Positions 37,854 through 52,800 of a stretch of DNA of 64,000 bases are shown in pieces. The notes below the pieces were generated by a model. That model was not told the DNA's origin. It did no database searches and was given only the letters and a program-made list of their open reading frames with translations. Position 1 is the first letter of the stretch. Each line of letters opens with the position of its first letter. Source of the DNA: Octopus sinensis. Its lineage: Eukaryota. The position numbers and the translations under genes were made by a program. Location of the stretch: positions 42,842,001 to 42,906,000 of the forward strand of contig NC_042999.1 of NCBI RefSeq assembly GCF_006345805.1. Direction: 5' to 3'.

Positions 37854-38123
37854 CTACAAGATAAAAGAAGGAAAATAATTATTTGCAAGTACATTTCAAA
37901 AACCAACCCCCTTTCATCAACTGCTAGACCCATCTAACACGTTTAATCGCTTCTCAACCATTTTGGCAAAGATCAAAGTGTAATATTTGTTCTTATTAAC
38001 TTTATATCAGATATGATGTTCTTGGCTAAGACTTTGGAGCTTGCTCGACCCATGGCTAGGACAGATCTAGTATTGCAGTACGTTTGAGTACGGAAGTATA
38101 AATTGAAAGCAAATTTAGATATC

Positions 38124-38476
38124 TTGTGGCTGTGTGGTAAGTAGCTTGCTTACCAACCATATGGTTCCAGGTTCATTCCCACTGCGTGGCATCTTGGGCA
38201 AGTGTCTGCTACTATAGTCTCGGGCCGACCAAAGCCTTGTGAGTGGATTTGGTAGACGGAAACTGAAAGACGCCCGTCATATATATGTATGTGTGTGTAT
38301 ATGTTTGTGTGTCTGTGTTTGTCCCCCCAACATCGCTTGACAACCGATGCTGGTGTGTTTACGTCGCCGTCACTTAGCGGTTCGGCAAAAGAGACCGATA
38401 GAATAAGTACTAGGCTTCCAAAGAATAAGTCCTGTGGTCGATTTGCTCGACTAAAAGGTGGTGCTCCAGCATGGCA
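38124..38476 (+). mobile_element. SINE family A, 3'-truncated
   Basis: gtggctgtgtggtaagtagcttgcttaccaacc head through gctccagcatggc. Confidence 0.85.
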
Positions 38477-38577
38477 AAAAATAATAATATCATTATATGC
38501 ACTATTGCTCAAATGTCATCGAGTTTCCATGCATTTTCACGACTACCAAATAATTGTTTTTTAGTCTAATGCTACAT

Positions 38578-38900
38578 CTGTGTGTGTGTATGTGTGTGTG
38601 TGTGTGTATGTGTGTGTGTGTGTTTTTGTGTGTGTTTGTGTATGTGTGTATGTGTTGGTGTGTGTGTGTGTATGTGTGTGTGTGTTTTTGTGTGTGTTTG
38701 TGTATGTGTGTATGTGTTTGTGTGTGCATGTGTGTATGTGTTTGTGTGTGTGTGTTTGTGTGTGTGTGTTTGGTGTGTGTGTGGGGGGGGGTTGTGTGTG
38801 TGTGTGAGTGTGTGTTTGTGTATGTGTGTGAGTGTGTGTTTGTGTATGTGTGTGTGTTTGTGTATGTGTGTGCGTGTTTGTGTTTGTGTGTATGTGTGTT
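38578..38900. repeat. Degenerate (GT)n microsatellite
   Basis: Direct reading. Confidence 0.95.
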
Positions 38901-38996
38901 AGCAGAATAGTATCCCCCAAGAAAAGAATAGGAAGGAGCAGATGTAGAAGGGAGATTTGAAAATAAAGTGAAGACATTAAGACAAGATCTGAGTAG

Positions 38997-39123
38997 AATC
39001 CTTTCTACTCTAAGCACAAGGCCCGAGATTTTTGGTGAGGGGGGGGGGCAGTTGATGTAATCGACTATCTACTATCTCTTACCTCCAAAATTTCAGGCCT
39101 TGTGCCTTATAGTACAAAGGATT
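38997..39123. repeat. Short inverted repeat made of two opposed SINE-B tails
   Basis: Left arm aatcctttctactctaagcacaaggcccgagattttt vs rc of right arm aatcctttgtactataaggcacaaggcctgaaatttt. Confidence 0.75.
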
Positions 39124-39334
39124 TCACACATCTCTTCATTCAAAACTTCGAAGCTAAAAAAAGATATTTCATTCAGATTTATCCATTTTCCAGTTCCCGT
39201 TGCAATCCTCACTCAACTCAATACTCTAGCACAGTATCTATCACTCCGTTAAAAATGCTTTGCACTAAGTTAAACAACTAACTTTACATTCATTCACATT
39301 TCATAATTGCCACTTCATATTTCATATACTCATT

Positions 39335-39740
39335 ACTCTTTTACTTGTTTCAGTCATTTGACTGTGGCCACGCTGGAGCACCGCCTTTTAGTCGAGCAAA
39401 TCGACCCCAGGACTTATTCTTTGTAAGCCCGCCCAGTACTTATTCTATCGGTCTCTTTTGCCGAACCGCTAAGTGACGGCGAGGTAAACACACCGGCATC
39501 GGTTGTCAAGCGATGGTGGTGGGGAGGCAAACACAGACACACAAACATACACACACATATCTATATATACATATATACGACGGGCTTCTCTCAGTTTCCG
39601 TCTACCAAATCCACTCAAAAGGCTTTGGTCGGCCCGAGGCTATAGTAGAAAACACTTACCCAACATGCCACGCAGTGGGACTGAACCCGGAACCATGTGG
39701 TTGGTAAGCAAGCTACTTACCACACAGCCACTCCTGCGCC
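39335..39740 (-). mobile_element. SINE family A, full length
   Basis: rc head ggcgcaggagtggctgtgtggtaag, CORE-like segment and tail. Confidence 0.9.
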
Positions 39741-40829
39741 TGTAATATCTGTAATGTCGATAAAAAAATCAGTAATATGGACAATGTTTATAAAATATAA
39801 ACCCCATTACTTTTTCTCAACCAGCCATCTAGAATTATTTTACACATATCTACCCTCAAAACTTCCAAGCTACGAAAACAAAAATTTTAATGAAATATAT
39901 CCATTCTTCTCATTTTTCATTTCCCATTATAATCAATACAGAATACACAATTTGGAAGCGGAAAAACTGTATTGTCGAATTAGTTACATTCACGCTTCAG
40001 AATAATCAAGTAAAGCAATTAACATTTGAAGATTATCGTATCGATAAAATAATCAGTAACAATTAAATTAAAAACAATTCTACTAATGATAAAGCTACTA
40101 CACCATATTTCACACAATTCATTTTATAATCAACGTTATAAGCTGGTGAATACAGCAAATCTTTTACTTTAAACGAACTGCATGTCACACAAATTTCAAT
40201 ATTACTGCACAGTAAGCTGCGGAACGTCCACAAAATAAAAGCCTTTGATTCCAATTTAAAATCGTTACACAATTTCAGATATATTCCACAATTTATTTAT
40301 TCTTCAATGTTTATTTATTCTTCAATAACGAAACACATTTTACATCGCTTGTGTAATAGACTAATCACTTCACAACCTTTTGGCCAAAATCAAAGTATAG
40401 TATCTGCTCATATTACTTTAATATTTGATATGTTCTTTATTTGATATGTCCCTAATATGGAGCCTTCAATATTAAAGTGATTTTCTTTTGGTTCCTCGGC
40501 GAAAATTTTAAGAGTTTGCGCTACCTTTACCTCGAGATGACCTGGGATTGTAGAATATGCCCATTTTCAAACAATTTACACTTCCTCATTTCAAGATTGA
40601 TAAAATAACTAATACATACAGCAAAGATTCGTTAATATAACTAATACATACAACAAAAATTAATATAATGCCTGCAGCTACATTTAAAATTTAACGTTTA
40701 TCAACGAATGATTAATTTACAACACTACATTTGACAAAATTCATTCTAAAATCAAAGCTAATACTCATAAATAAAGCGAAGCGTCTAACTTGTACATATT
40801 GAGTGTCATACGAATTTCACAATGTCTTT

Positions 40830-43800
40830 GCAATATAATCTTCGATGGACATCTACGAGATAAGAACAACAAAAAATTAATTCCAGGTATATTCCAAATA
40901 CTAAACCCATCTACCTAGTTTCATCGCTTCTCAATATAATCTTCAATGGACATATGCAAGATAAAAGAAAGAAAAAATTAATTCCAGGTATATTCCAACT
41001 ACTAAATCCATCTAACTAGTTTAATCGCTTCTTAATATAATCTTCCATGGACATATGCAAGCTAAAAGCAAGAAAAAATTAATTCCAGGTATATTCAAAC
41101 TACTAAAACCATCAAACTAGTTTAATCGCTTCTCAATATAATCTTCGATGGACATACGCAAGATAAAAGCAAGAAAAAATTAATTCCAGGTATGTTCCAA
41201 CTACTAAACCCATCAAACTAGTATAATCGCTTCTCAATATAATCTTCGATGGACATCTGCAAAATAAAAGCAACAAAAAATTAATTCCAGGTATATTCCC
41301 ACTACTAAACTCATCTAACAAGTTTAATCGCTTGTCAATATGATCTTTGATGGACATCTGCAAGAAAAAAGCAAGAGAAAATTAATTCCAGGTATATTCC
41401 CACTACTAAACTCATCTAACTAGTTTAATCACTTCTCGATATAATCTTCGATGGACATCTGCAAGATAAAAGAAAGAAAAAATTAATTCCAGGTATATTC
41501 CAACTACTAAACCTATCAAACTAGTTTAATCGCTTCTCAATATAATCTTCGATGGACATATGCAAGATAAAAGCAACAAAAAATTAATTCCAGGAATATT
41601 CCAACTACTAAAAGCATCAAACTAGTTTAATCGCTTCTCAATATAATCTTCGATGGACATATGCAAGATAAAAGCAAGAAAAAATTAATTCAAGGTATAT
41701 TCCAACTACTAAACCCATCTAACTAGTTTAATCACTTCTCGATATAATCTTCGATGGACATCTGCAAGATAAAAGAAAGAAAAAGGAAATTCCAGGTATA
41801 TTCCAACTACTAAACCCATATGACTAGTTTAATCGCTTCTCAATATAATCTTCGATGGACATCTGCAAGATAAAAGCAACAAAAAATTAATTCCAGGTAT
41901 ATTCCAGCCACTAAACCCATATAACTCGTTTAATCGCTTCTCAATATAATCTTCGATGGACACATGCGAGATAAAAGCAAGAGAAAATTAATTCAAGGTA
42001 TATTCCAACTACTAAACCCATCTAAATAGTTTAATCTCAATATAATCTTCGATGGATATCTGCACGATAAAAGCAAGAACAACTTAATTCCAGGTATATT
42101 CCAACTACTAAACCAAAAAATTAATTCCAGATATGTTCCAACTACTAAACCCATCTAACTAGTTTAATCGCTTCTCAATATAATCTTTGATGGACATCTG
42201 CAATATAAAAGAAACAGAAAATGAATTCCAGGTATATTCCAACTACTAAACCCATTTAAGTAGTTTAATCGCTTCTCAAAATAATCTTCGATGGACACCT
42301 GCAAGATAAAAGCAACAAAAAATTAATTCCAGGCATATTCCAACTGCTAAACCCATCTGACTAGTTTAAACGCATCTCAATATAATCTTTGATGGACATC
42401 TACAAGATAAAAGAAAGAAAGACTAAATTCTAGGTATTTTCCAACTCCTAAACCCATCTAACTAGTGTAATCGCTTCTAAATATAATCTGTGAGGGACAT
42501 CTGCAAGATAAAAGCAACAGAAAATGAATTCCAGGTATATTCCAACAACTAAAACCATCTAACTAGTTTAATCGCTTCTCAATATAATCTTCGATGGACA
42601 TATGCAAGATAAAAGCAAGAAAAAATTAATTCCAGGTATATTCCAACTGCTAAACCCATCTAACTAGTTTCACCGCTTCTCAATATAATATTTGAGGGAC
42701 ATCTGCAAGATAAAAGCAAGAAAAATTAATTCCAGGTATATTCCAACTGCTAAACCCATCTAACTAGTTTAATCACTTCTCAATATAATCTTTGAGGGAC
42801 ATCTGCAAGATAAAAGTAAGAGAAAATGAATTCCAGGTATATTCCAACTACTAAAACCATCTAACTAGTTTAATCGCTTCTCAATATAGTCTTCGATGGA
42901 CATCTACAAGAAAAGCAACAAAAAATTAATTCCAGGTATATTCCAACTACTAAACCCATCTAACTAGTTTAATCACTTCTCAATATAATCTTTGAGAGAC
43001 GTCTGCAAGATAAAAGCAAGAGAAAATGAATTCCAGGTATATTCCAACTACTAAAACCATCTAACTAGTTCAATCGCTTCTCAATATAATCTTTGATGGA
43101 CATCTACAAGATAAAAGAAAGAAAGACTAAATTCTAGGTATTTTCCAAATCCTAAACCCATCTAACTAGTTTATTCGCTTTCAATGTAATCTTGGATGGA
43201 CACATGCAGGAAAAAACAAAGAGTAAATTAATTCCAGGTATATTCCAACTACTAAACCCATCTAACTAGTTTAATCACTTCTCAATATAATTCTTCGATG
43301 GACATATGCAAGATAAATGTAAGAAGAAATTAATTCCAGGTATATTCCAACTACTAAACCCATCTGACTAGTTTAATCGCTTCTCAATATAATCTTCGAT
43401 GGACATCTGCAAGATAAAAGCAAGAAAAATTAATTCCAGGTATATTCCAACTACTAAACCCATCTAACAAGTTTAATCGCTTCTCAATATAATCTTTGAG
43501 GGACATCTACAAGATAAAAGAAAGAAAGACTAACTTCCAGGTATATTCCAACTGCTAAACCCATCTAACTAGTTTAATGGCTTCTCAATAAAATCTTCGA
43601 TGGACATCTGCAAGATAAAAGCAACAAAAATTAATTCCAGGTATATTCCAACTACTGAACCCATCTAACTAGTTTAATCGCTTCTCAATATAATCTTCGA
43701 TGGACATCTGCGAAATAAAAGCAAGAAAAAATTAATTCCTGGTATATTCCAACTGCTAAACCCGTCTAACTAGTTTAATCGCTTCTCAATATAATCTTTC

Positions 43801-46800
43801 AGGGAAATCTGCAAGATAAAAGCAAGAAAAAATTAATTCCAGGTATATTCCTACTACTAAACCAAAAACATAATTCCAGGTATATTCCAACTACTAAGCC
43901 CATCTGACTAGTTTAATCGCTTATCAATATAATCTTCGATGGACATCTGCAAAATAAAAGCAAGAAAAAATTAATTCCAGGTATATTCCAACTACTAAAC
44001 CCATCTAACTAGTTTAATCGCTTCTCAATATAATCTTCGATGGACATCTAAAAAAATAAAAGCAAGAAAAAATTAATTCCAGGTATATTCCAACTACTAA
44101 ACCCATCTAACTAGTTTAATCGCTTCTCAATATAATCTTCGATGGACATCTAAAAAAATAAAAGCAACAAAAAATTAATTCCAGGTATATTCCAACTACT
44201 GAACCCATCTAACTAGTTTAATCGCTTCTCAATATAATCTTCGATGGACATCTGCAAGATAAAAGCAAGAAAAAATTAATTCCAGGTATATTCCACCTAC
44301 TAAACCCATCAAACTAGTTTAATCGCTTCTCAATATAATCTTCGATGGACATCTGCAAGATAAAGCAAGAAAAAATTAATTCCAGGTATATTCCAACTAC
44401 TAAATCCATCTAACTAGTTTAATCGCTTCTCAATATAATCTTCGATGGACATCTGCAAGATAAAAGCAAGAAAAAATTAATTCCAGGTATACTCCAACTA
44501 CTGAACCCATCTAAATAGTTTAATCGCTTCTCAATATAATATTCAATGGACATATGCAAGATAAAAGCAACAGAAAATTAATTCCAGGTATATTCCAACT
44601 ACTAAACCCATCTAAATAGTTTCATCGCTTCTCAATATAATCTTTGATGGACATCTACAAGATAAAAGAAACAAAGAATTAATTCCAGGTATTTTCCAAC
44701 TACTAAACCCATCTAACTAGTTTAATCGCTTTCAATATAATCTTGGATGGACACATGAAGGAAAAAACAAAGAGAAAATTAATTCCATGTATATTCCAAC
44801 TACTAAACCCATCTAGCTAGTTTAATCACTTCTAAATATAATCTTCCATGGACATCTGCAAGATAAAAGCAAGAAAAAATTAACTCCAGGTATATTCCAA
44901 CTACTAAACCCATCTAACTAATTTAATCACTTCTCAATATAATCTTTGAGGGACATCTGCAAGATAAAAGCAAGAGAAAATGAATTCCAGGTATATTCCA
45001 ACTACTAAAACCATCTAACTAGTTTCATCACTTCTCAATATAATCTTTGATAGACATCTGCAAGATAAAAGCAAGAAAAAAGTAATTCCAGGTATACTCC
45101 AAATACTAAACCCATCTAACTAGTTTAATCGCTTTTCAATATAATCTTTGATAGACATCTGCAAGATAAAAGCAAGATAAAATTAGTTCCAGGCATATTC
45201 CAACTACTAAACCCATCTAACTAGTTTAATTACTTCTCAATATAATCTTCGATGGACATCTGCAAAATAAAAGCAAGAAAAAATTAATTCCAGGTATATT
45301 CCAACTACTAAACCCATCTAACTAGTTTAATCGCTTCTCAATATAATCTTCGATCGACATCTGCAAAATAAAAGCAAGAAAAAATTAATACAAGGTATAT
45401 TCCAACTACTAAACCCATCTAACTAGTTTAATCGCTTCTCAATGTAATCTTCGATGGACATCTGCAAGATAAAAGCAAGAAAAAATTAATTCCAGGTATA
45501 TTCCAACTACTATACCCATCTAACTAGTTTAATCGCTTGTCAATATAATCTTCGATGGACATCTGCAAAATGAAAGCAAGAAAAAATTAATTCCAGGTAT
45601 ATTCCAACTACTAAACCCATCTAACTAGTTTAATCGCTTCTCAATATAATCTTCGATGGACATCTACAAGATAAAAGCAAGAAAAAATTAATTCCAGGTA
45701 TATTCCAACTACTAAACACATCTAACTAGTTTAATCGCTTCTCAATATACTCTTCGATGGACATCTGCAAAATAAAAGCAAGAAAAAATTAATTCCAGGT
45801 ATATTCCAACTACTAAACCCATCTAACTAGTTTAATCGCTTCTCAAAATAATCTTCGATGGACATCTACAAGATAAAAGCAAGAAAAAATTAATTCCAGG
45901 TATATTCCAACTACTAAACACATCTAACTAGTTTAATCGCTTCTCAATATACTCTTCGATGGACATCTGCAAAATAAAAGCAAGAAAAAATTAATTCCAG
46001 GTATATTCCAACTACTGAACCCATCTAACTGGTTTAATCGCTTCTCAATATAATCTTTGATGGACATCTACAAGATAAAAGCAAGAGAAAACTAATTCCA
46101 GGTATATTCCATCTACTAAACCCATCTACCTGGTTTAATCGCTTCTCAATATAAGCTTTGATGGACATCTACAAGATAAAAGCAAGAAAAAAATTAATTC
46201 CAGGTATATTCCAACTACTAAACCCATCTAACTGGTTTAATCGCTTCTCAATATAATCTTCGGTGGACATCTGCAAGATAAAAGCAAGAAAAAATTAATT
46301 CCAGGTATATTCCAACTACTAAATCGATCTATTTTTTTAATCCCTTCTCAATATAATCTTCGATGGACATCTGCAAGTTAAAAGCAAGAGAAAATTAATT
46401 CCAGGTATATTCCAACTACTATACCCATCTAACTAGTTTAATCGCTTCTCAATATAATCTTCGATGGACATCTGCAAAATAAAAGGAAGAAAAAATTAAT
46501 TCCAGGTATATTCCAACTACTAAACCATCTAACTAGTTTAATCGCTTCTCAATATAATCTTCGATGGAGTCTGCAAGATAAAAGCAAGAAAAAATTAATT
46601 CCAGGTATATTCCAACTACTAAATCGATCTATTTTTTAATCCCTCTCAATATAATCTTCGATGGACATCTGCTAAATAAAAGAAGAAAAAATTAATTCCA
46701 GGTATATTCCAACTACTAAACCCATCTAACTACTTTAATCGCTTCTCAATATAATCTTCGATGGACATCTGCAAGATAAAGGCAAGAAAAAATTAATTCC

Positions 46801-49800
46801 AGATATATTCCAACTACTAAACCCATCTAACTAGTTTAATCGCTTCTCAATATAATCTTCGATGGACATCTGCAAAATAAAAGCAAGAAAAAATTAATTC
46901 CAGGTATATTCCAACTACTAAACCCATCTAACTGGTTTAATCGCTTCTCAATATAATCTTTGATGGACAGCTACAAGATAAAAGCACGAGAAATTTAATT
47001 CCAGGTATATTCAAACTACTAAACCCATCTAACTAGTTAAATCGCTTCTCAATATAATCTTTGATGGACATCTGCAAAATAAAAGCAAGAAAAAATTAAT
47101 TCCAGGTATATTCCAACTACTTAACCCATCTAACTAGTTTAATCGCTCCTCAATATAATTTTCGATGGACATATACAAGATAATAGCAAGAAAATATTAA
47201 TTCCCAGCTTTTTCCAACTACTAAAACCATCTATTTATTTTCATCGCTTCTCAATATAATCTTCAATGGACATCTGCAAGATAAAAGCAAGAGAAAATTA
47301 ATTCCAGTCATATTCCAACTATTAAACACATCTAACTAGTTTAATCGCTTCTCAATATAATCTTCGATGGACATCTGCAAGATAAAAGCAACAAAAATTA
47401 ATTCCAGGTATATTCCAACTACTAAACCCATCTAACTAGTTTAATCGCTTCTCAATATAATCTTCGATGGACATCTGCAAATAAAAGCAAGAAAAAATTA
47501 ATTCCAGGTATATTCCAACTACTAAACCCATCTAACTGGTTTAATCGCTTCTCAATATAATCTTTGATGGACAGCTACAAGATAAAAGCACGAGAAATTT
47601 AATTCCAGGTATATTCAAACTACTAAACCCATCTAACTAGTTAAATCGCTTCTCAATATAATCTTTGATGGACATCTGCAAAATAGAAGCAAGAAAAAAT
47701 TAATTCCAGGTATATTCCAACTACTTAACCCATCTAACTAGTTTAATCGCTCCTCAATATAATTTTCGATGGACATATACAAGATAATAGCAAGAAAATA
47801 TTAATTCCCAGCTTTTTCCAACTACTAAAACCATCTATTTATTTTCATCGCTTCTCAATATAATCTTCAATGGACATCTGCAACATAAAAGCAAGAGAAA
47901 ATTAATTCCAGTCATATTCCAACTATTAAACCCATCTAACTAGTTTAATCGCTTCTCAATATAATCTTCGATGGACATCTGCAAGATAAAAGCAAAAAAA
48001 TTAATTCCAGGTATATTCCAACTACTAAACCCATCTAACTAGTTTAATCGCTTCTCAATATAATCTTCGATGGACATCTGCAAAATAAAAGCAAGAAAAA
48101 ATTAATTCCAGGTATATTCCAACTACTAAACCCATCTAACTGGTTTAATCGCTCTCAATATAATCTTCGATGGACATCTGCAAGATAACAGCAACAAAAA
48201 ATTAATTCCAGGTATATTCCAACTACTAATCGATCTATTTTTTTAATCCCTTCTCAATATAATCTTCGATGGACATCTGCAAATAAAGAAAGAAAAATTA
48301 ATTCCAGTATATTCCAACTACTAAACCCATCTAACTAGTTTAATCGCTTCTCAATATAATCTTCGATCGACATCTGCAAAATAAAAGCAAGAAAAAATAA
48401 TTCCAGGTATATTCCAACTACTAAACCCATCTAACTAGTTTAATCACTTCTCAATATAATCTTCGATCGACATCTGCAAAATAAATGCAAGAATAAATTA
48501 ATTCCAGGTATATTCCAACTACTAAACCATCTAACTAGTTTAATCGCTTCTCAATATAATCTTCGATGGACATCTGCAAGATAAAAGCAAGAAAAAATTA
48601 ATTCCAGGTATATTCCAACTACTAAACCCATCTAACTAGTTTAAACGCTTCTCAATATAATCTTTGATGGTCATCTGCACAAATAAAGCAAGAAAAAATT
48701 ATTCCAGGTATATTCAACTACTAAACCATCTAACTAGTTTAATTGCTTCTCAATATAATCTTCGATGGACATCTACAAGATAAAAGCAAGAAAAATTAAT
48801 TCCAGGTATATTCCAACTACTAAACCCATCTAACTAGTTAAATCGCTTCTCAATATAATCTTCGATGGACATCTGCAAAACAAAAGCAAGAAATATTAAT
48901 TCCAGGTATATTCCAACTACTAAACCCATCTAACTAATTTAATCGCTTCTCAATATAATCTTCAATGGACATCTGCAAGATAAAAGCAAGAAAAAATTAA
49001 TTCCAGGTATATTCCAACTACTTAACCCATCTAACTAGTTTAATCGCTTCTCAATATAATTTTCGATGGACATCTACAAGATAATAGCAAGAAAATATTA
49101 ATTCCAGGTATTTCCAACTACTAAACCCATCTATATTTTAATCGCTTCTCAATATAATCTTCAAGGACATCTGCAAGATAAAAGCAAGAGAAAATTAATT
49201 CCAGTCATATTCCAACTATTAAACCCATCTAACTAGTTTAATCGCTTCTCAATATAATCTTCGATGGACATCTGCAAGATAAAAGCAAAAAAATTAATTC
49301 CAGGTATATTCCAACTACTAAACCCATCTAACTAGTTTAATCGCTTCTCAATATAATCTTCGATGGACATCTGCAAAATAAAAGCAACAAAAAATTATAT
49401 TCCATGTATATTCCAACTACTAAACCCATCTAACTGGTTTAATCGCTTCTCAATATAATCTTCGATGGACATCTGCAAGATAACAGCAAGAAAAAATTAA
49501 TTCCAGGTATATTCCAACTACTAAATCGATCTATTTTTTTTAATCCCTTCTCAATATAATCTTCGATGGACATCTGCTGAATAAAAGAAAGAAAAAATTA
49601 ATTCCAGGTATATTCCAACTACTAAACCCATCTAACTACTTTAATCGCTTCTCAATATAATCTTCGATCGACATCTGCAAAATAAAAGCAAGAAAAAACT
49701 AATTCCAGGTATATTCCAACTACTAAACCCATCTAACTAGTTTAATCACTTCTCAATATAATCTTCGATCGACATCTGCAAAATAAAAGCAAGAATAAAT

Positions 49801-52800
49801 TAATTCCAGGTATATTCCAACTACTAAACCCATCTAACTAGTTTAATCGCTTCTCAATGTAATCTTCGATGGACATCTGCAAGATAAAAGCAAGAAAAAA
49901 TTAATTCCAGGTATATTCCAACTAGTAAACCCATCTAACTAGTTTAAACGCTTCTCAATATAATCTTTGATGGACATCTGCACAATAGAAGCAAGAAAAA
50001 ATTAATTCCAGGTATATTCCAACTACTAAACCCATCTAACTAGTTTAATTGCTTCTCAATATAATCTTCGATGGACATCTACAAGATAAAAGCAAGAAAA
50101 AATTAATTCCAGGTATATTCCAACTACTAAACCCATCTAACTAGTTTAATCGCTTCTCAATATAATCTTCCATGGACATCTGCAAAATAAAAGCAAGAAA
50201 AAATTAATTCCAGGTATATTCCAACTACTAAACCCATCTGACTAGTTTAATCGCTTCTCAATATAATCTTCGATGGACATCTGCAAGATAAAAGCAAGAA
50301 AAAATTAATTCCAGATATATTCCAACTACTAAACCCATCTAACTGGTTTAATCGCTTCTCAATATAATCTTTGATGGACAGCTACAAGATAAAAGCACGA
50401 GAAATGTAATTCCAGGTATATTCAAACTACTAAACCCATCTAACTAGTTAAATCGCTTCTCAATATAATCTTCGATGGACATCTGCAAAACAAAAGCAAG
50501 AAAAATTAATTCCAGGTATATTCCAACTACTAAACCCATCTAACTAGTTTAATCGCTTCTCAATATAATCTTCAATGGACATCTGCAAGATAAAAGCAAG
50601 AAAAAATTAATTCCAGGTATATTCCAACTGCTAAACCCATCTAACTAGTTTAATCGCTTCTCAATATAATCTTCGATGGACATCTGCAAGATAAAAGCAA
50701 GAAAAAATTAATTCCAGGTATATTCCAAATACTAAACCCATCTAACTAGTTTAATCGCTTCTCAATATAATCTTCGATGGACATCTGCAAAATAAATGCA
50801 AGAAAAAATTAATTCCAGGTATATTCCAACTACTAAACCCATCTAACTGATTTAATCGCTTCTCAATATAATCTTTGATGGACATCTACAAGATAAAAGC
50901 AAGATAAAATTAGTTCCAGGTATATTCCAGCTTCTAAACACATCTAACTAGTTTAATCGCTTCTCAATATAATCTTCGATGGACTTCTACAAAATAAAAG
51001 CAAGAAAAAAATTAATTCCAGATATATTCCAACTAGTAAACCCATCTAACTAGTTTAATCTCTTATTAATATAAGCTTTCATGGACATCTACAAGATAAA
51101 AGCAAGAGAAAATTTATTCCAGGCTATTTCTAACGACTAAATCGATCTATTTTTTTTAATCCCTTCTCAATATAAGCTTCGATGGACATCTGCAAGATAA
51201 AAGCATGATAAAATTAGTTCCAGGTATATTCCAGCTTCTAAACCCATCTAACTAGTTTAATCGCTTCTTAATATAATCTACGATGGACATCTGTAAAATA
51301 AAAGCTAGAAAAAATTATTTCCAGGTATTTTCCAACTACTAAACCCATCTAACTAGTTTAATCGCTTCTCAATATAATCTTCGATGGACTTCTACAAAAT
51401 AAAAGCAAGAAAAAATTAATTCCAGATATATTCCAACTAGTAAACCCATCTAACTAGTTTAATCTCTTCTCAATATAAGCTTTGATGGACATCTACAAGA
51501 TAAAAGCAAGAAAGTTAATTCCAGGTATATTCCAACTACTAAATCGATCTATTTTTTTTAATCCCTTCTCAATATAATCTTCGATGGACATCTGCAAGAT
51601 AAAAGCAAGAGAAAATTAATTCCAGGCTTATTCTAACGGCTAAATCGATCTATTTTTTTTAATCCCTTCCCAATATAAGCTTCGATGGACATCTGCAAGA
51701 TAAAAGCAAGATAAAATTAGTTCCAGGCATATTCCAACTACTAAACCCATCTAACTAGTTTAATTGCTTCTCAATATAATCTTCGATGGACATCTGCAAA
51801 ATAGAAGCGAGAAAAAATTATTTCCAGGTATATTCCAACTACTAAACACATCTAACTAGTTTAATCGCTTCTCAATATAATCTTCGATGGACATCTGCAA
51901 GATAAAAGCAAGAAAAAATTAATTCCAGGTATATTCCAACTACTAAACCCATCTAACTAGTTTAATCGCTTCTCAATATAATCTTCGATGGACATCTGCA
52001 AAATAAAAGCAAGAAAAAATTATTTCCAGGTATATTCCAACTACAAAACCCATCTAACTAGTTTAATCGCTTCTCAATATAATCTTCGATGGACATCTGT
52101 AAAATAAAAGCAAGGAAAAATTATTTCCAGGTATATTCCAACTACTAAACCCATCTAACTAGTTTACTCGCTTCTCAATATAATCTTCGATGGACATCTG
52201 CAAAATAAAAGCATGAAACAATTAATTCCAGATATATTCCAACTAGTAAACCCATCTAACTAGTTTAATCGCTTCTCAATATAATCTTTGATGGACATCT
52301 ACAAGATAAAAGCAAGAGAATATTAATTCCAGGTATATTCCAACTACTAAACCCATCTTACTCGTTTAATCGCTTCTCAATATAATCTTCGATGGACGTC
52401 TGCAAGATAAAAGCAAGAAAAAATTAATTCCAGGTATATTCCAACTACTAAATCGATCTATTATTTTTAATCCCGTCTTAATATAATCTTCGATGGACAT
52501 CTGCAAGATAAAAGCAAGAGAAAATTAATTGCAGGCTTATTGTAACTACTAAATCGATCTATTTTTTTTAATCCCTTCTCAATATAATCTTCGATGGACA
52601 TCTGCAAAATAAAAGCAAGAAAAAATTAATTCCACGTATATTCCAACTGCTAAACCCTTCTAACTAGATTAATCGCTTCTCAAAATAATCTTCGATGGAC
52701 ATCTGCAAGATAAAAGCAAGAATAAATTAATTCCAGGTATATTCCAAATACTACACCGATCTAACTAGTTTAATCGCTTCACAATATAATCTTCGATGGA

